Virus record (IMG/VR): IMGVR_UViG_3300027804_000045
Location: 64,001-128,000 of that record
DNA length: 64,000 nucleotides
Strand: one strand, 5' to 3'
From: a virus
The notes under the pieces are model-generated. The model searched no databases and was not told the DNA's origin. It worked only from the letters and a program-made list of their open reading frames with translations. The translations under genes and the position numbers were made by a program. Of the stretch, positions 40,604 through 50,776 are shown piece by piece. The stretch's first letter is position 1. Every line of letters begins with the position of its first letter.

Positions 40604-40957
40604 ATGCCTATCACTAGACCAATGTGTAAAGAGTGTAACAAGCATTATAGGGCTATAAACTATATACGTGAGGGGGTTACACATTATAGAAGTTTATGTG
40701 ACCAATGCGGTAAAAAGAAACCCAAACTTAAGTCCAAACAGTTTTCTTGGGAAAAGTCAGGTTATAAAAAGAAAAACTATTGCGATATATGCGGATTTAA
40801 AAGCATATATCCTACACAAATGACTGTGTTCTATATAGACGGGGACTTAAAAAATAACAAATTATCTAACTTAAGAACTATATGTTTGAATTGCGTAGAA
40901 GTGGTTAAACGCAAAGAAGTGACTTGGAAGCGCGGTGACTTACAAGTTGATTATTGA
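40604..40957 (+). CDS. Zn-finger/HNH-like protein (degenerate)
   Basis: Four CxxC pairs; IDG...NN...NL...C.NC. Confidence 0.7.
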   Translation: MPITRPMCKECNKHYRAINYIREGVTHYRSLCDQCGKKKPKLKSKQFSWEKSGYKKKNYCDICGFKSIYPTQMTVFYIDGDLKNNKLSNLRTICLNCVEVVKRKEVTWKRGDLQVDY

Positions 40958-41557
40958 GTCGACCTTACGATGTAATTCGTCTACTGTGCCGCTGTTATCA
41001 ACATAGTAATCATAATTAAGACCAACACTGCTGTATTCACTAGCATGGATGTTATACTCCTCTAATATAGACTTAGCGTGTTTGTTACCGCGATTATATT
41101 GAAGTGCGGCATCATACCATTCGGGGTTGGGACCTCTATTGACCCTAATAGTAATGCCCCCGGCGTTTTTGATGCTACGCAATTCATTAGGAAAACGACA
41201 GTCACTTATAACAATATTATCTTTAATCGTGCGTAGTTTATTCTCTACGCTAGCGATCCAAATATCATCATGAAACGCCCTGCGTCCTACTTCTGTACCC
41301 CATTGCTGCAATACGAAACGTGGCGTCAAATGTTGTATATTTAAACGTTCAGCCCACCAAGTATCAACCGTATCGCGCCACTCTCTGCTATAGTGAGTAG
41401 TACCTTCAAGTAATTCACGATCCCAATTGAAGATAGCAGCTACTGCATCCTTGAGCGGACCAGCATAACTCATACGTTTAAAACCCTTAAACGTGATTAG
41501 ATAATCGGCAATAGTATCTTTGCCGCTTCCAATAAAACCAGCAATACCTACAATCAT
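40940..41557 (-). CDS. Deoxynucleoside monophosphate kinase (T4 gp1-like)
   Basis: GFIGSGKDT, LQ..GTE..R, SDCRFPNE, HASE. Confidence 0.9.
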   Translation of the reverse strand: MIVGIAGFIGSGKDTIADYLITFKGFKRMSYAGPLKDAVAAIFNWDRELLEGTTHYSREWRDTVDTWWAERLNIQHLTPRFVLQQWGTEVGRRAFHDDIWIASVENKLRTIKDNIVISDCRFPNELRSIKNAGGITIRVNRGPNPEWYDAALQYNRGNKHAKSILEEYNIHASEYSSVGLNYDYYVDNSGTVDELHRKVDSIINL

Positions 41558-41563
41558 GTATAC

Positions 41564-41592
41564 AGTATAATAAAATTTTAAGGGGATGTCAA
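41564..41592 (-). promoter_or_regulatory. Sigma70-type promoter TTGACA-17-TATACT, leaderless dNMP kinase
   Basis: -10 ends 6 nt before ATG 41557. Confidence 0.75.
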
Positions 41593-42374
41593 CCTTGAAT
41601 CCAAGTTAATGGTTGACTGTAATCTTGATATCTGCGTAAATCTTCAAGCAATCTTTCTTGGTCTGCCTTGCCTTCTGCCTTCATGTTACCGCCATTGAGG
41701 GTAGTACCACCGCCCGGTCCAGCAATAGTTCCAAACTTCTCGCGGGCTTCACCGATAATAATTTTTAATTGTGCTAATATGAAATCAGCGATCCAAACAC
41801 CTGCACCCGGATCTTGTAATAATTCTGTTTCTGGTCTGATCATATCAGCCCAGATCAATACACGCTCGCCGGTACCCTTAAAGTCACGCACAACACGCAA
41901 TACTTTTGTTACAGGGTTGAATGTATATGTCACATAACCACCGAACATACGGGCTGCCAACTCGACATAGCCCGCATAGAAATCATATGTAGCCATGCCA
42001 CCTGTATAGTTATAATTCAAGAGATAGGTGTTTAATATCGCGCTACTAAATGGATCAAATGATGTCGAACTTGGACCAGTTTCTAGACCTACTGTTCTAC
42101 GAAAAATGGCGCGAACGTTGATGTACTCAGAGGGAAGAGTATATGTATCAACATTCTTTATGATAGTCATCAACGTGTAACTTTCAATAGTAGCATTTTG
42201 AGCGCGTTGACGATAAATTTTAATAGCATAATCGTAAGCGGCTTCATAGTGCTGTGGGTCCAACTCTAAATCAATGATGTCACCACCTAAGCGTAATCTT
42301 AGGTTGTTAAACATCGTTTCTTTTAGTTGCTGTAAATTAGCGTTTGTTGGTACTGAAAGTGGGTCCGCTGACAT
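41589..42374 (-). CDS. Neck protein (gp13-like)
   Basis: LRLG.....EL, K...G....KF....PGG..LNG. Confidence 0.8.
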   Translation of the reverse strand: MSADPLSVPTNANLQQLKETMFNNLRLRLGGDIIDLELDPQHYEAAYDYAIKIYRQRAQNATIESYTLMTIIKNVDTYTLPSEYINVRAIFRRTVGLETGPSSTSFDPFSSAILNTYLLNYNYTGGMATYDFYAGYVELAARMFGGYVTYTFNPVTKVLRVVRDFKGTGERVLIWADMIRPETELLQDPGAGVWIADFILAQLKIIIGEAREKFGTIAGPGGGTTLNGGNMKAEGKADQERLLEDLRRYQDYSQPLTWIQG

Positions 42375-42399
42375 GATTTATTTCCCGATACTATCTTAT

Positions 42400-43164
42400 T
42401 TATACGGGACTCTCGTAGAGGTCAGCTATGCTCTTTATGGGGCTAGGAACTAATTTTTGACTTAATAAGTAAGGAAGAACGAATTCGGTCGCTATCTTTA
42501 TATGATTTTTTGTATCGTGATGACCTGCTGTCATTCCGTTAGATATAGGTTTAAGATCATTGTGACTGACGAATTCTTCAACAAAAGAAGGCACTATATT
42601 AAAATTATCTACTAATTTTTGATATCCGTGCTTTTGTAGATGCTTTGTGATGTCAAGTGTCCATGCAAAAAATACTAAAGGTATTTTATATATTTTTGCT
42701 AAATTATCCATCGCTAGCATAGTAGATACTATCTTATGATCTAAATTATACTCACTTGTAATAACATTATCTTTAATAAACTGATCAAGATCATTATGAA
42801 ATTTTTTTCCTACCATGCGCTGTAAATTTTGTATGTTTTCAGTATGATTGAATGTATAAAAGTTAACTAATTTATGATTAAAGGGTCCTGTTAAATCTTC
42901 ATAAGGAAAACTTTCATGTGATGACAGGTAATCTAATCCGACAGTAAATCGGTTAGAGTCTGTTAATTGCACTACCAAAAGATTTGGATTATAGCGATCC
43001 AACAATTCATGAATTTTTAAAGTGTTGATTTCATTTCCTGCACCGGCACTATATGCCATATGTAGTTCAGCATCAATAATTTGTGACAATGGTACAGGCC
43101 AAGGAAGTCCTGCATAGTAACTGCTATGAGAGCAACCTATTGTCGCTAGCCGAAACTTACTCAT
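42400..43164 (-). CDS. SGNH-hydrolase-like hypothetical protein
   Basis: GCS.S, GAGN, VVQ.T, late H....H. Confidence 0.45.
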   Translation of the reverse strand: MSKFRLATIGCSHSSYYAGLPWPVPLSQIIDAELHMAYSAGAGNEINTLKIHELLDRYNPNLLVVQLTDSNRFTVGLDYLSSHESFPYEDLTGPFNHKLVNFYTFNHTENIQNLQRMVGKKFHNDLDQFIKDNVITSEYNLDHKIVSTMLAMDNLAKIYKIPLVFFAWTLDITKHLQKHGYQKLVDNFNIVPSFVEEFVSHNDLKPISNGMTAGHHDTKNHIKIATEFVLPYLLSQKLVPSPIKSIADLYESPV

Positions 43165-43172
43165 AGTTGAAT

Positions 43173-43622
43173 TTAAAGATCGTTTGCTCTACGATTCTCG
43201 CTATGGTAAACGTCAAACTTGCCGCCCGGATAACGCGCTTCAAGTTTCTTTACGTTCTCTGCTATAACATCATTTGGATTGAGACCCAATGAGCGGCAAG
43301 CATTGATCCAATACCACATGATATCACCTAGTTCACGCTTCATATGAAAGTGTGCTTCTTCATTAAGGGGCTTGCCCTGAAACACGATCTTCTTTACGAT
43401 TTCTTGAAACTCACCTGTCTCGCTACCAAGACCAATAGCACCACAAAGCAATAATGGTACATTGATATCTGGACCATGAACATACTCACCGTTCGGACCA
43501 TATGACTCATAATTAGCGTCGATGCGATCAAGACGATTCATAAACTCAGTTAGGTCTTGACTAGGCTTGCTAGTGACTGCCTCTACGAAATCCTTATATT
43601 TGTTTAGATCAACTTGGCTCAT
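43173..43622 (-). CDS. mazG: MazG-like NTP pyrophosphohydrolase
   Basis: GL.SE.GE..E..KK, ELGD..WY, N..KL..RY. Confidence 0.88.
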   Translation of the reverse strand: MSQVDLNKYKDFVEAVTSKPSQDLTEFMNRLDRIDANYESYGPNGEYVHGPDINVPLLLCGAIGLGSETGEFQEIVKKIVFQGKPLNEEAHFHMKRELGDIMWYWINACRSLGLNPNDVIAENVKKLEARYPGGKFDVYHSENRRANDL

Positions 43623-43816
43623 ACTAAATCCTTAAACATCTGTCGTCGTCCATTCTCACCTAACGTAGCATCAAAGATTTCTCTTGTGCGTTGCATCATA
43701 GCACATGCCAACATCAATTGATCATTACGATCATTCGTTGACAAGATAGCGGTATCAATTACCGTCATCAATGTTCGCATACGTTCTTCGATTGGATCAA
43801 ACTCATATTTACTCAT
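43619..43816 (-). CDS. Small hypothetical protein
   Basis: ORF with overlapping start/stop. Confidence 0.65.
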   Translation of the reverse strand: MSKYEFDPIEERMRTLMTVIDTAILSTNDRNDQLMLACAMMQRTREIFDATLGENGRRQMFKDLV

Positions 43817-43817
43817 A

Positions 43818-44948
43818 TTAAAATGCCCTCAAGATAATCATATTCGCATTGAAGCGACCGTTCGGCTTTGCCGATACCGCCTTGATGTTATCAAAGAATT
43901 TACGTGCAGCAGGCTTGCTACCCATAATCTCTTTGATTTGCTGTTCGGGCTTACGTAGAGTTTTGATTTCTGATTCCTTAGTACAGAAACCAACTACAGT
44001 ATTGCCCTTGACGCTAATGCTCTTAGTGTACTCGTCAGCAACATAGTGATGAAGTTTGCGCTTCTTAGTGTCGTAGACCCAAGCCTCGCTACAGTTATGT
44101 AGTTTAGTCGGGCTTACACTCTCAAGTTCAAGTTTCTCCAACTTGAAGTTCTTGAGATACTTGAGACGCTTGACAACCTTTTCTACCGGTACAGGCTTCT
44201 TAGCGCGGGGCTTCTTGCCTGCCTTCTTGAGATTGATGTACGCATTGAGATCGGCGATGACAGTCTGAATAGTATTGATAATGTTCTTCAACTGAACCTT
44301 ACCAAAACGCTCATAGGCTTCATTCAACTGTTCGTCCTTACCTGCAAGGACCTCTTCATACTCATAGAGTTTGCCTTCCCACGCACTGACCAACATAGGT
44401 ACATGTTGCGGGAGAATGTTGCGCTGAGACAACAAGTCCATTGCCTTGATGCCTTCCTTACCAGCACCAGACTTCAGATAATCATCCCACAGACCCTCAA
44501 GTTCACCACCAACTTGCTGAGTGCGCTCACGCATAATCTCCTGCACGTTGGGGCGATTACTTACAGGGGCTTCCTCGTCAGAGGTATCGACCGTTGTGAA
44601 CGATACCAGACGATCTACCTCACTCTGAAGTTTAGCCAACGTGTCGTTTGACACTACACTTCCCCTCAGGATACAACGCGCTAGCCAACCATAAGTGGTC
44701 TTGACATGCCTATCGTTGACACGGCGTATGCTTTTAGCAACTTGTTGTTTGCCCGCAACATCTAGATATTGGGCGATGAATTCTTTAGCGTCCTTGTTAT
44801 CGTAAAAGTGATTATACCAATTGAACGCCTTAGCGAGTTCCCATTCAGTCACGACCAGATCAGCATTGAAACTGGGTTCGGGACCAATGTGCTTCAAGTC
44901 AAAGTCCTTAGGCTTCAACTCTCTGATTTCTACTTTGTGCTTTACCAT
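43818..44948 (-). CDS. Conserved large-phage early hypothetical protein
   Basis: GGAG RBS, sigma70 promoter, C-terminal KTLRKP...NGRFN. Confidence 0.75.
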   Translation of the reverse strand: MVKHKVEIRELKPKDFDLKHIGPEPSFNADLVVTEWELAKAFNWYNHFYDNKDAKEFIAQYLDVAGKQQVAKSIRRVNDRHVKTTYGWLARCILRGSVVSNDTLAKLQSEVDRLVSFTTVDTSDEEAPVSNRPNVQEIMRERTQQVGGELEGLWDDYLKSGAGKEGIKAMDLLSQRNILPQHVPMLVSAWEGKLYEYEEVLAGKDEQLNEAYERFGKVQLKNIINTIQTVIADLNAYINLKKAGKKPRAKKPVPVEKVVKRLKYLKNFKLEKLELESVSPTKLHNCSEAWVYDTKKRKLHHYVADEYTKSISVKGNTVVGFCTKESEIKTLRKPEQQIKEIMGSKPAARKFFDNIKAVSAKPNGRFNANMIILRAF

Positions 44949-44977
44949 GACAACTCCGTTGTTTCACTAATTTATAT

Positions 44978-45006
44978 ATTTTACGCTAAAACAGGGCTAA
45001 AGTCAA
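44978..45006 (-). promoter_or_regulatory. Sigma70-type early promoter TTGACT-17-TAAAAT
   Basis: Exact 17 nt spacing upstream of 44948. Confidence 0.75.
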
Positions 45007-45045
45007 TACCTTTGTAAGTCATTGATTTTTATACTAAATACTACT

Positions 45046-46770
45046 ATGCCCAAACTGTCGCTGTATCATCCAACAAAATCTAATGATTACAAGTACTTTG
45101 ATAAGGTAATTTCAGAGCAATTCACTGTTGGTGGCACGGATTTATATATTCACAAATACATAGGTCCAGTCGCTCAGACCCCCAGCGTAGACTATACACA
45201 ACCCCAGTATATAAGTCCAGATCCATTACAGATACAGGACTTACTGTTTTTAGAAAATCGTGATAGGAAGTACGACACGAACATTTACAGATTGCGTGGT
45301 CATTATAATGTTCAGAACCTTGATTTCGATCTAAGCCAATTTGGCTTATTCTTGAATAATGACATAATTTTCATAACCGTTCACTACAACGACATGATCG
45401 ATATCGTTGGTAGAAAACTTATGGTGGGCGACGTTCTTGAACTACCGCACTTGCTTGATTATAATCCTCTTAATGAAACGATACCGGTTGCGCTAAAACG
45501 TTTCTATCAGATTACAGACGCAAACTTCGCAAGTGAAGGATTTAGTCAAACTTGGTATCCACATCTATGGCGCATTAAGTGTGAGCCATTAGTTGATAGC
45601 CAAGAATTTAGCAACATACTCAAAGAGCCAATCAATCAAGACAACTATCTTGGAGATTGGGACAAGAATAAAGTTTATCCGCCTGGATATATTATCAGTT
45701 ACGGCGACAAGAATTATGAATCAATAAAAGAAGTTCCTGCCGGCATAGCACCGCCTAATGAGGAATATTGGAAATTAAGTACAGAACAAAATCTAAAAGA
45801 CATTTTATCAACTTACAATAAAAATTTACAAGTCAACGATGCTCAACTACAAGAAGCAAAGCGTATTGTACCTAAAGCAGGATACAACAATAATGATCTA
45901 TATGTTGTTCCTACATATGGTATATACCAAAGTAATGGTGTGTTATCTGATAAATTAGATCAGCCAGCTCCACCTGTTAATGTAGTTACTTATAGCGGCG
46001 GCGCGCCACAAACTGGAAGTTACGCGACGGTAGTTTATATGCGTAACCCCAAGTTTAAAAATCCTAGTGTCGGTTTAAGAATCAGCAAAGACGTTATCAA
46101 CAGTATTTGGGATATGACTGCTGACAGCGATTTGTCAGATAAGTTTGATAAATTTATTCAGGCTAATTTAGAAGTAAGTGAAACTAAACCGCATGTGTTA
46201 AAAGAAGGTTCAGGTACAAGAGCATTGCAAGGTGACAAGTATCTAACAGTACAATCAATGGGCCCAGTTACTGGGCCATACGGTACAGCGGATAATACTT
46301 ATGCTACTGCTGATGCTGATCCTACACAGCCAGGATTTACTGGAACGATTAGCACACAGATGGACTGGCGTGCTGACTGTGATCCTGCATTCCAATATAT
46401 CACTCGCGCAAGTCCTCGTAGTTTTGGATACAGCGCAGGTTATCTGACAGGTGATGCGATTCCTCCAAACGGCTTACCGAGCGGCGCCGGTATCGCTTTC
46501 CCACAAAACCCTCAAGTGGGAGATTACTTTTTACGTATAGATTATTTTCCGCAAATATTATACCGTTGGGATGGACAAATTTGGGTAAGAATCTCAACTA
46601 ATGTTAGAACAGAGACAGGATTCACAAATACAGATCAATCACAAATTTCGGGATTCATCAACAATCAATCAGATATATACTTTAATAATTCTGAAAAGGT
46701 GATTCCATCGGCGCAACCATTATCAAGTATTTTGGACATCGCTCCTGACAATATACCACCAATAGAGTAA
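45046..46770 (+). CDS. Neck protein (gp14-like) with insertions
   Basis: DLLFLENRDRKY, LSQFGL, GDVLELPH; start MPKLS 5 nt after CTAAATA. Confidence 0.7.
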   Translation: MPKLSLYHPTKSNDYKYFDKVISEQFTVGGTDLYIHKYIGPVAQTPSVDYTQPQYISPDPLQIQDLLFLENRDRKYDTNIYRLRGHYNVQNLDFDLSQFGLFLNNDIIFITVHYNDMIDIVGRKLMVGDVLELPHLLDYNPLNETIPVALKRFYQITDANFASEGFSQTWYPHLWRIKCEPLVDSQEFSNILKEPINQDNYLGDWDKNKVYPPGYIISYGDKNYESIKEVPAGIAPPNEEYWKLSTEQNLKDILSTYNKNLQVNDAQLQEAKRIVPKAGYNNNDLYVVPTYGIYQSNGVLSDKLDQPAPPVNVVTYSGGAPQTGSYATVVYMRNPKFKNPSVGLRISKDVINSIWDMTADSDLSDKFDKFIQANLEVSETKPHVLKEGSGTRALQGDKYLTVQSMGPVTGPYGTADNTYATADADPTQPGFTGTISTQMDWRADCDPAFQYITRASPRSFGYSAGYLTGDAIPPNGLPSGAGIAFPQNPQVGDYFLRIDYFPQILYRWDGQIWVRISTNVRTETGFTNTDQSQISGFINNQSDIYFNNSEKVIPSAQPLSSILDIAPDNIPPIE

Positions 46771-46773
46771 TTC

Positions 46774-48150
46774 ATGGCACAATTTTTTTACGACAATCAG
46801 ATACGCAGATTCTTATTACAGTTTGCGAAAATCTTTAGTAACTGGTATGTGACTAAAGGCAAAGATCCCAACGGCAATGATATTCTTGTTCGTGTACCTG
46901 TGATGTATGGTGATCAAAGTAGACAGGTTCAGACGATTATACAAAATAATAGTCCAAGTTCTTTGCCTAGCGCACCGATGATAACTTATTTTATCACAGG
47001 TTTAGAGTACGATCAGAAACGTACACAAGAACCTTTCTTCGTTGAAAAGCTACAAGTAAGACAGCGCGCCTACAATAATGAAACTGAATCATACGAAAAT
47101 ACACAAGGTCAGGCATTTACAATCGAACGTCTTATGCCTGTTCCTTATACGCTTAGACTACAAGTAGATTTTTGGACAACAAACTATAATCAAAAATTAG
47201 AATTAATCGAACAATTAGGAACGATTTTCAATCCTAGTTTAGAAATACAAAGCACAGATAACTTTGTTGACTGGACATCATTGACAGTAGTTTATCAAGA
47301 CGGATTAACTTTTAGTTCACGCACTATTCCTATAGGCACAGGAAATCCAATAGATGTTTTAAGCTGGAAGTTTTATATTCCTATATGGATCAGTACTAGC
47401 AGCAAGCTCAAGAAAATGGGCGTCATACATAAAATTATCGCTAGCATTTACAAAGGTACAGCACTACAAGACATACAAGATGAAGATTTATTATTAGGAA
47501 CACGACAGAAAATAAGTCCTTTTGGTTACAAAGTATTATTGATAGGAAACAAATTACAATTATTACCTGCCAATGAAGCATTCTACCCACCTAACACAGA
47601 TTTAAATGACCCTTCACCTCCCAACACTGATTTGTATTGGACTAGTTTACTGAATGCTTATGGGGCGTGGAAGCCAGGTATTAGTCAAATTTGGTTACAG
47701 AATCCATATATGGAAAATGATATTGTTGGAACTATAGTGCCTGATCCTGTCGATGATAGATTACTAATCTATAATATAGATCCTGACACGCTACCTCAAA
47801 ACACACTCAATCCGGTAGATAGCGTCATTAATCCTCAATTAACTGGTCCAAACGCAGGACTTCCAGGCCCTATTAACGGTAGAAGATATCTAATCGTTGA
47901 AGATATAGGTAGTGAAGGTAATAGTACAGTAGCATGGGGCGATTTAGTTGCTGAAGCAAATGACATAATACAGTTTGACAGTTCTACGATGTCATGGTTT
48001 GTTTCATTTGATGCAAGCGAATGTACCACTGTAGAATATGTGACTAACCTTACTACAAATTTACAATACCGTTATGTCGATCAAGAAGGACAATGGATGA
48101 AGAGTTACGAAGGTTGGTATGGAGAGGGCGATTACAGTATTGTAATTTAA
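46774..48150 (+). CDS. Tail terminator/sheath stabiliser (gp15-like)
   Basis: FYD.QIRR....F...F, VP..YG, PVPY.L, EQ....FNP. Confidence 0.82.
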   Translation: MAQFFYDNQIRRFLLQFAKIFSNWYVTKGKDPNGNDILVRVPVMYGDQSRQVQTIIQNNSPSSLPSAPMITYFITGLEYDQKRTQEPFFVEKLQVRQRAYNNETESYENTQGQAFTIERLMPVPYTLRLQVDFWTTNYNQKLELIEQLGTIFNPSLEIQSTDNFVDWTSLTVVYQDGLTFSSRTIPIGTGNPIDVLSWKFYIPIWISTSSKLKKMGVIHKIIASIYKGTALQDIQDEDLLLGTRQKISPFGYKVLLIGNKLQLLPANEAFYPPNTDLNDPSPPNTDLYWTSLLNAYGAWKPGISQIWLQNPYMENDIVGTIVPDPVDDRLLIYNIDPDTLPQNTLNPVDSVINPQLTGPNAGLPGPINGRRYLIVEDIGSEGNSTVAWGDLVAEANDIIQFDSSTMSWFVSFDASECTTVEYVTNLTTNLQYRYVDQEGQWMKSYEGWYGEGDYSIVI

Positions 48151-48173
48151 TAGAATACTGATAAACTATATCT

Positions 48174-48575
48174 ATGCAAAACACTTCAGCAGGATTATTC
48201 TTTTACAGTAAAAATACCGGAAGATTTTTGTATTTGCTACGTAGCGACAATAATTGTAGTTGGGGTGTGCCCGGAGGAAAAATAGAAAAAGATGAAACCT
48301 TGTTAGAAGGTATAGAAAGAGAATGCATGGAAGAGATAGGATATTTTCCTAATGATGCAAAATTAGTTCCTATCCAAAAATTTGTTAATAATACTTTTAC
48401 GTATCATACATTCTTTTGTGCCGTCGACGATGAGTTTGTACCTATTTTAAACAACGAACACATAGGTTATGCATGGGTAGGCATGAATCAGCACCCGAAA
48501 CCAATGCATCCAGGATTATTCAGCACAGTAAACATTGATATAGTTAGAGAAAAGTTAGAAACACTCACAAAATAA
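48174..48575 (+). CDS. NUDIX hydrolase
   Basis: GGKIEKDETLLEGIERECMEEIG Nudix box. Confidence 0.9.
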   Translation: MQNTSAGLFFYSKNTGRFLYLLRSDNNCSWGVPGGKIEKDETLLEGIERECMEEIGYFPNDAKLVPIQKFVNNTFTYHTFFCAVDDEFVPILNNEHIGYAWVGMNQHPKPMHPGLFSTVNIDIVREKLETLTK

Positions 48576-48599
48576 AAACGGGGCTTTCGCCCCGTTTTT
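48574..48599. terminator. Bidirectional intrinsic terminator
   Basis: AAAAACGGGGC-TTTC-GCCCCGTTTTT. Confidence 0.9.
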
Positions 48600-48618
48600 A
48601 CTAGTCATTTGACTATTT

Positions 48619-48936
48619 TCACTGCGATAAAAACATTTGAACTGCTTCGACCCCAGTAGCACCTAACAGTGCTGCTGCCCCCATGAGCATCCATTTTATT
48701 TTCTCAAAGCCGGATACTTTTTCTGAGAGTTCTTCATGTTGTTTCACTGAGATGTCATTATACTCTTTTAGTAGTAGCTTAGTCTCAGTCATATTTCTAT
48801 CTAAACATTCATGAAGGTCTTTAACATCAGTTTTGAGTTCATCAACTTTTTCATGTAGGTTTTCGACCTCAAGTTGTAGAACCGCAACTTCTGTAACTGT
48901 TTGCTCAAATTTAATTTTTCTAGCAATAGTAGCCAT
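48619..48936 (-). CDS. Coiled-coil protein with C-terminal hydrophobic helix (XhlA/holin-like)
   Basis: Heptad pattern, then WMLMGAAALLG. Confidence 0.5.
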   Translation of the reverse strand: MATIARKIKFEQTVTEVAVLQLEVENLHEKVDELKTDVKDLHECLDRNMTETKLLLKEYNDISVKQHEELSEKVSGFEKIKWMLMGAAALLGATGVEAVQMFLSQ

Positions 48937-48948
48937 TACAATACCCTA

Positions 48949-50070
48949 TTAAGCGTTTGTAATAGTGACTACAGGTGGTAGTGATGCATTTGCGTTCGCA
49001 GCGATTGCTGAGTTGAACGATGCGATAACATCAGGATTGACATCTGCCAATACCGCTGTACCTGTACCTGAACCTGCACCAGTAGCAACGAATGTGATAC
49101 CAGTCATGTTGGCGAATGCGCCAACAGCAGTCCAATCAGTATTACCTGCATTATAAATGGTATATACTGTACCCTGTACTAGTGATGAGGCTGCAACCTG
49201 TGCCGGGAACACCTCTGAATTATAATCATTCAATGATGAAACCTTGCTTGTTGCTGTGTTAGCATAAGTTGCTGTAATAGTCATTGTGTTTGGTGACAAT
49301 GCTGTGTTAGCAACATTTGCTGTATAGCAAGCCTGAGTTAAGCCTGAAGTAGTACCAGTTACTAGATATTTTGTCTTACCTTTCTGACGAACGATAAAAC
49401 CTGCTTCTGGTGTACCATATATATAAGCACCGCCTGAAACGTTTGCTGTAGCGTTTGCTGCGAATGTAGCAAATACAGCATTTGCGTTTGCGATGTCATC
49501 AATAGTACCAAGTAGGTTACCATCTACGTCATAAACGATTGTTCCATCAACAAATGTGTTTGCAAAGTCTGTACCCACACCGTCAATGTTTGGACTATCA
49601 TCAGCTACAGTAATTGTGCCAGTACCTGATATACCCATGCATACACCAACCAATACTTGTGAACCGTAGATTGCTGTATTGCCACCAACTACGCCATATG
49701 TATTTGCGTTAGTTGCTGGATAGCCTGCACCACCGATTGGATTGTTGAAATATGCATCAACAACGCCTACTGTTGCAGCTACAGTGCCTGAATCTGTGGC
49801 TAATGCAAATTCAGTGTATGTTGGATTTGCTGAAAGTTGTGTTTCTGAAACAGTGAATTCACTGTTTGGACCAGCATTGACAACTGATAGAATCCAATAT
49901 GTAGTACCTGCAACTAAGTTGCCGATATTGCTTGCTGGGATGAATGGCATACCAGCAATGATACCTAAATTAGTAAAATTAGCGTTTGTAGTTACTAAAT
50001 TTGTACCTGTAGTTGTATCTGTAATTGTTACAACTGCCTGTGCTTTTGCGATTTTAAGTGGACGACCCAT
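48949..50070 (-). CDS. Virion structural protein (MGRPLK..., RQKG motif)
   Basis: T/A/G/N-rich, strong AGGAG RBS, late promoter 50157-50164. Confidence 0.65.
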   Translation of the reverse strand: MGRPLKIAKAQAVVTITDTTTGTNLVTTNANFTNLGIIAGMPFIPASNIGNLVAGTTYWILSVVNAGPNSEFTVSETQLSANPTYTEFALATDSGTVAATVGVVDAYFNNPIGGAGYPATNANTYGVVGGNTAIYGSQVLVGVCMGISGTGTITVADDSPNIDGVGTDFANTFVDGTIVYDVDGNLLGTIDDIANANAVFATFAANATANVSGGAYIYGTPEAGFIVRQKGKTKYLVTGTTSGLTQACYTANVANTALSPNTMTITATYANTATSKVSSLNDYNSEVFPAQVAASSLVQGTVYTIYNAGNTDWTAVGAFANMTGITFVATGAGSGTGTAVLADVNPDVIASFNSAIAANANASLPPVVTITNA

Positions 50071-50084
50071 TGTTTTGTTCTCCT

Positions 50085-50150
50085 ATAATGCCGGGTTCTA
50101 GCCGTTACGCGGCGGGGACCGCATAAGTCCATAACAACAACGTCATGAAC
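50085..50150 (-). promoter_or_regulatory. Structured GC-rich 5' UTR (candidate cis-regulatory RNA)
   Basis: Stems CAUGAC/GUUAUG and UUAUGCGG/CCGCGUAA between the late promoter and RBS. Confidence 0.5.
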
Positions 50151-50191
50151 ATACTATATTTATCAAAAAATACTATTTTATTGCGTGATTA

Positions 50192-50749
50192 TTATGTGGT
50201 TGGTCCACCAGCTGCTGGAGTTGCTAGAACGCCAGTCGTGCCAGTGTTAGGATGAGGCATACCTAATTCAGTAATGCTAAATTCTTCTGCGCTGCCACCA
50301 CCGACATCTAAGAAAGATACAACATTTCCTTGACCCACGATGATACTATTTTGAACAGTATTTGCAGGAATGATTGTTGAGTTAGCATCTGCTACAGTAT
50401 ATGGAACACCATATGGATTATATCGTGCAGTACCACCTGATATTGCTACTGCGGCGTTAGCAGTCAATGTTAGACTTGTATTGTTAGCAATAGATTTTAC
50501 AATTCCTACTGTACTACCTGCTGTGTTTCCTATCCAAGCACCTATATTTAATTGTGACAAAAATGCTGTACCTGATCCAGTAACAGTGTCACTAGTTGTA
50601 GCGCAAGTTACAGTACCAGTTAGTGCAACATTAGGAAAACTGGTAGTATATTGAATTGGTGAGGCTGTAGTAGCAATTCTAACTTTGTCGGTTGCTATAT
50701 TTGCTGATGCTGTGGCTGAACCACTTGCTGTATATACGTATGATGCCAT
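50192..50749 (-). CDS. Virion structural protein
   Basis: VTGSGTAF...L..G beta repeat; late promoter 50768-50775. Confidence 0.6.
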   Translation of the reverse strand: MASYVYTASGSATASANIATDKVRIATTASPIQYTTSFPNVALTGTVTCATTSDTVTGSGTAFLSQLNIGAWIGNTAGSTVGIVKSIANNTSLTLTANAAVAISGGTARYNPYGVPYTVADANSTIIPANTVQNSIIVGQGNVVSFLDVGGGSAEEFSITELGMPHPNTGTTGVLATPAAGGPTT

Positions 50750-50776
50750 TGTTTTAATCCTGTGTTGTATTTATTC

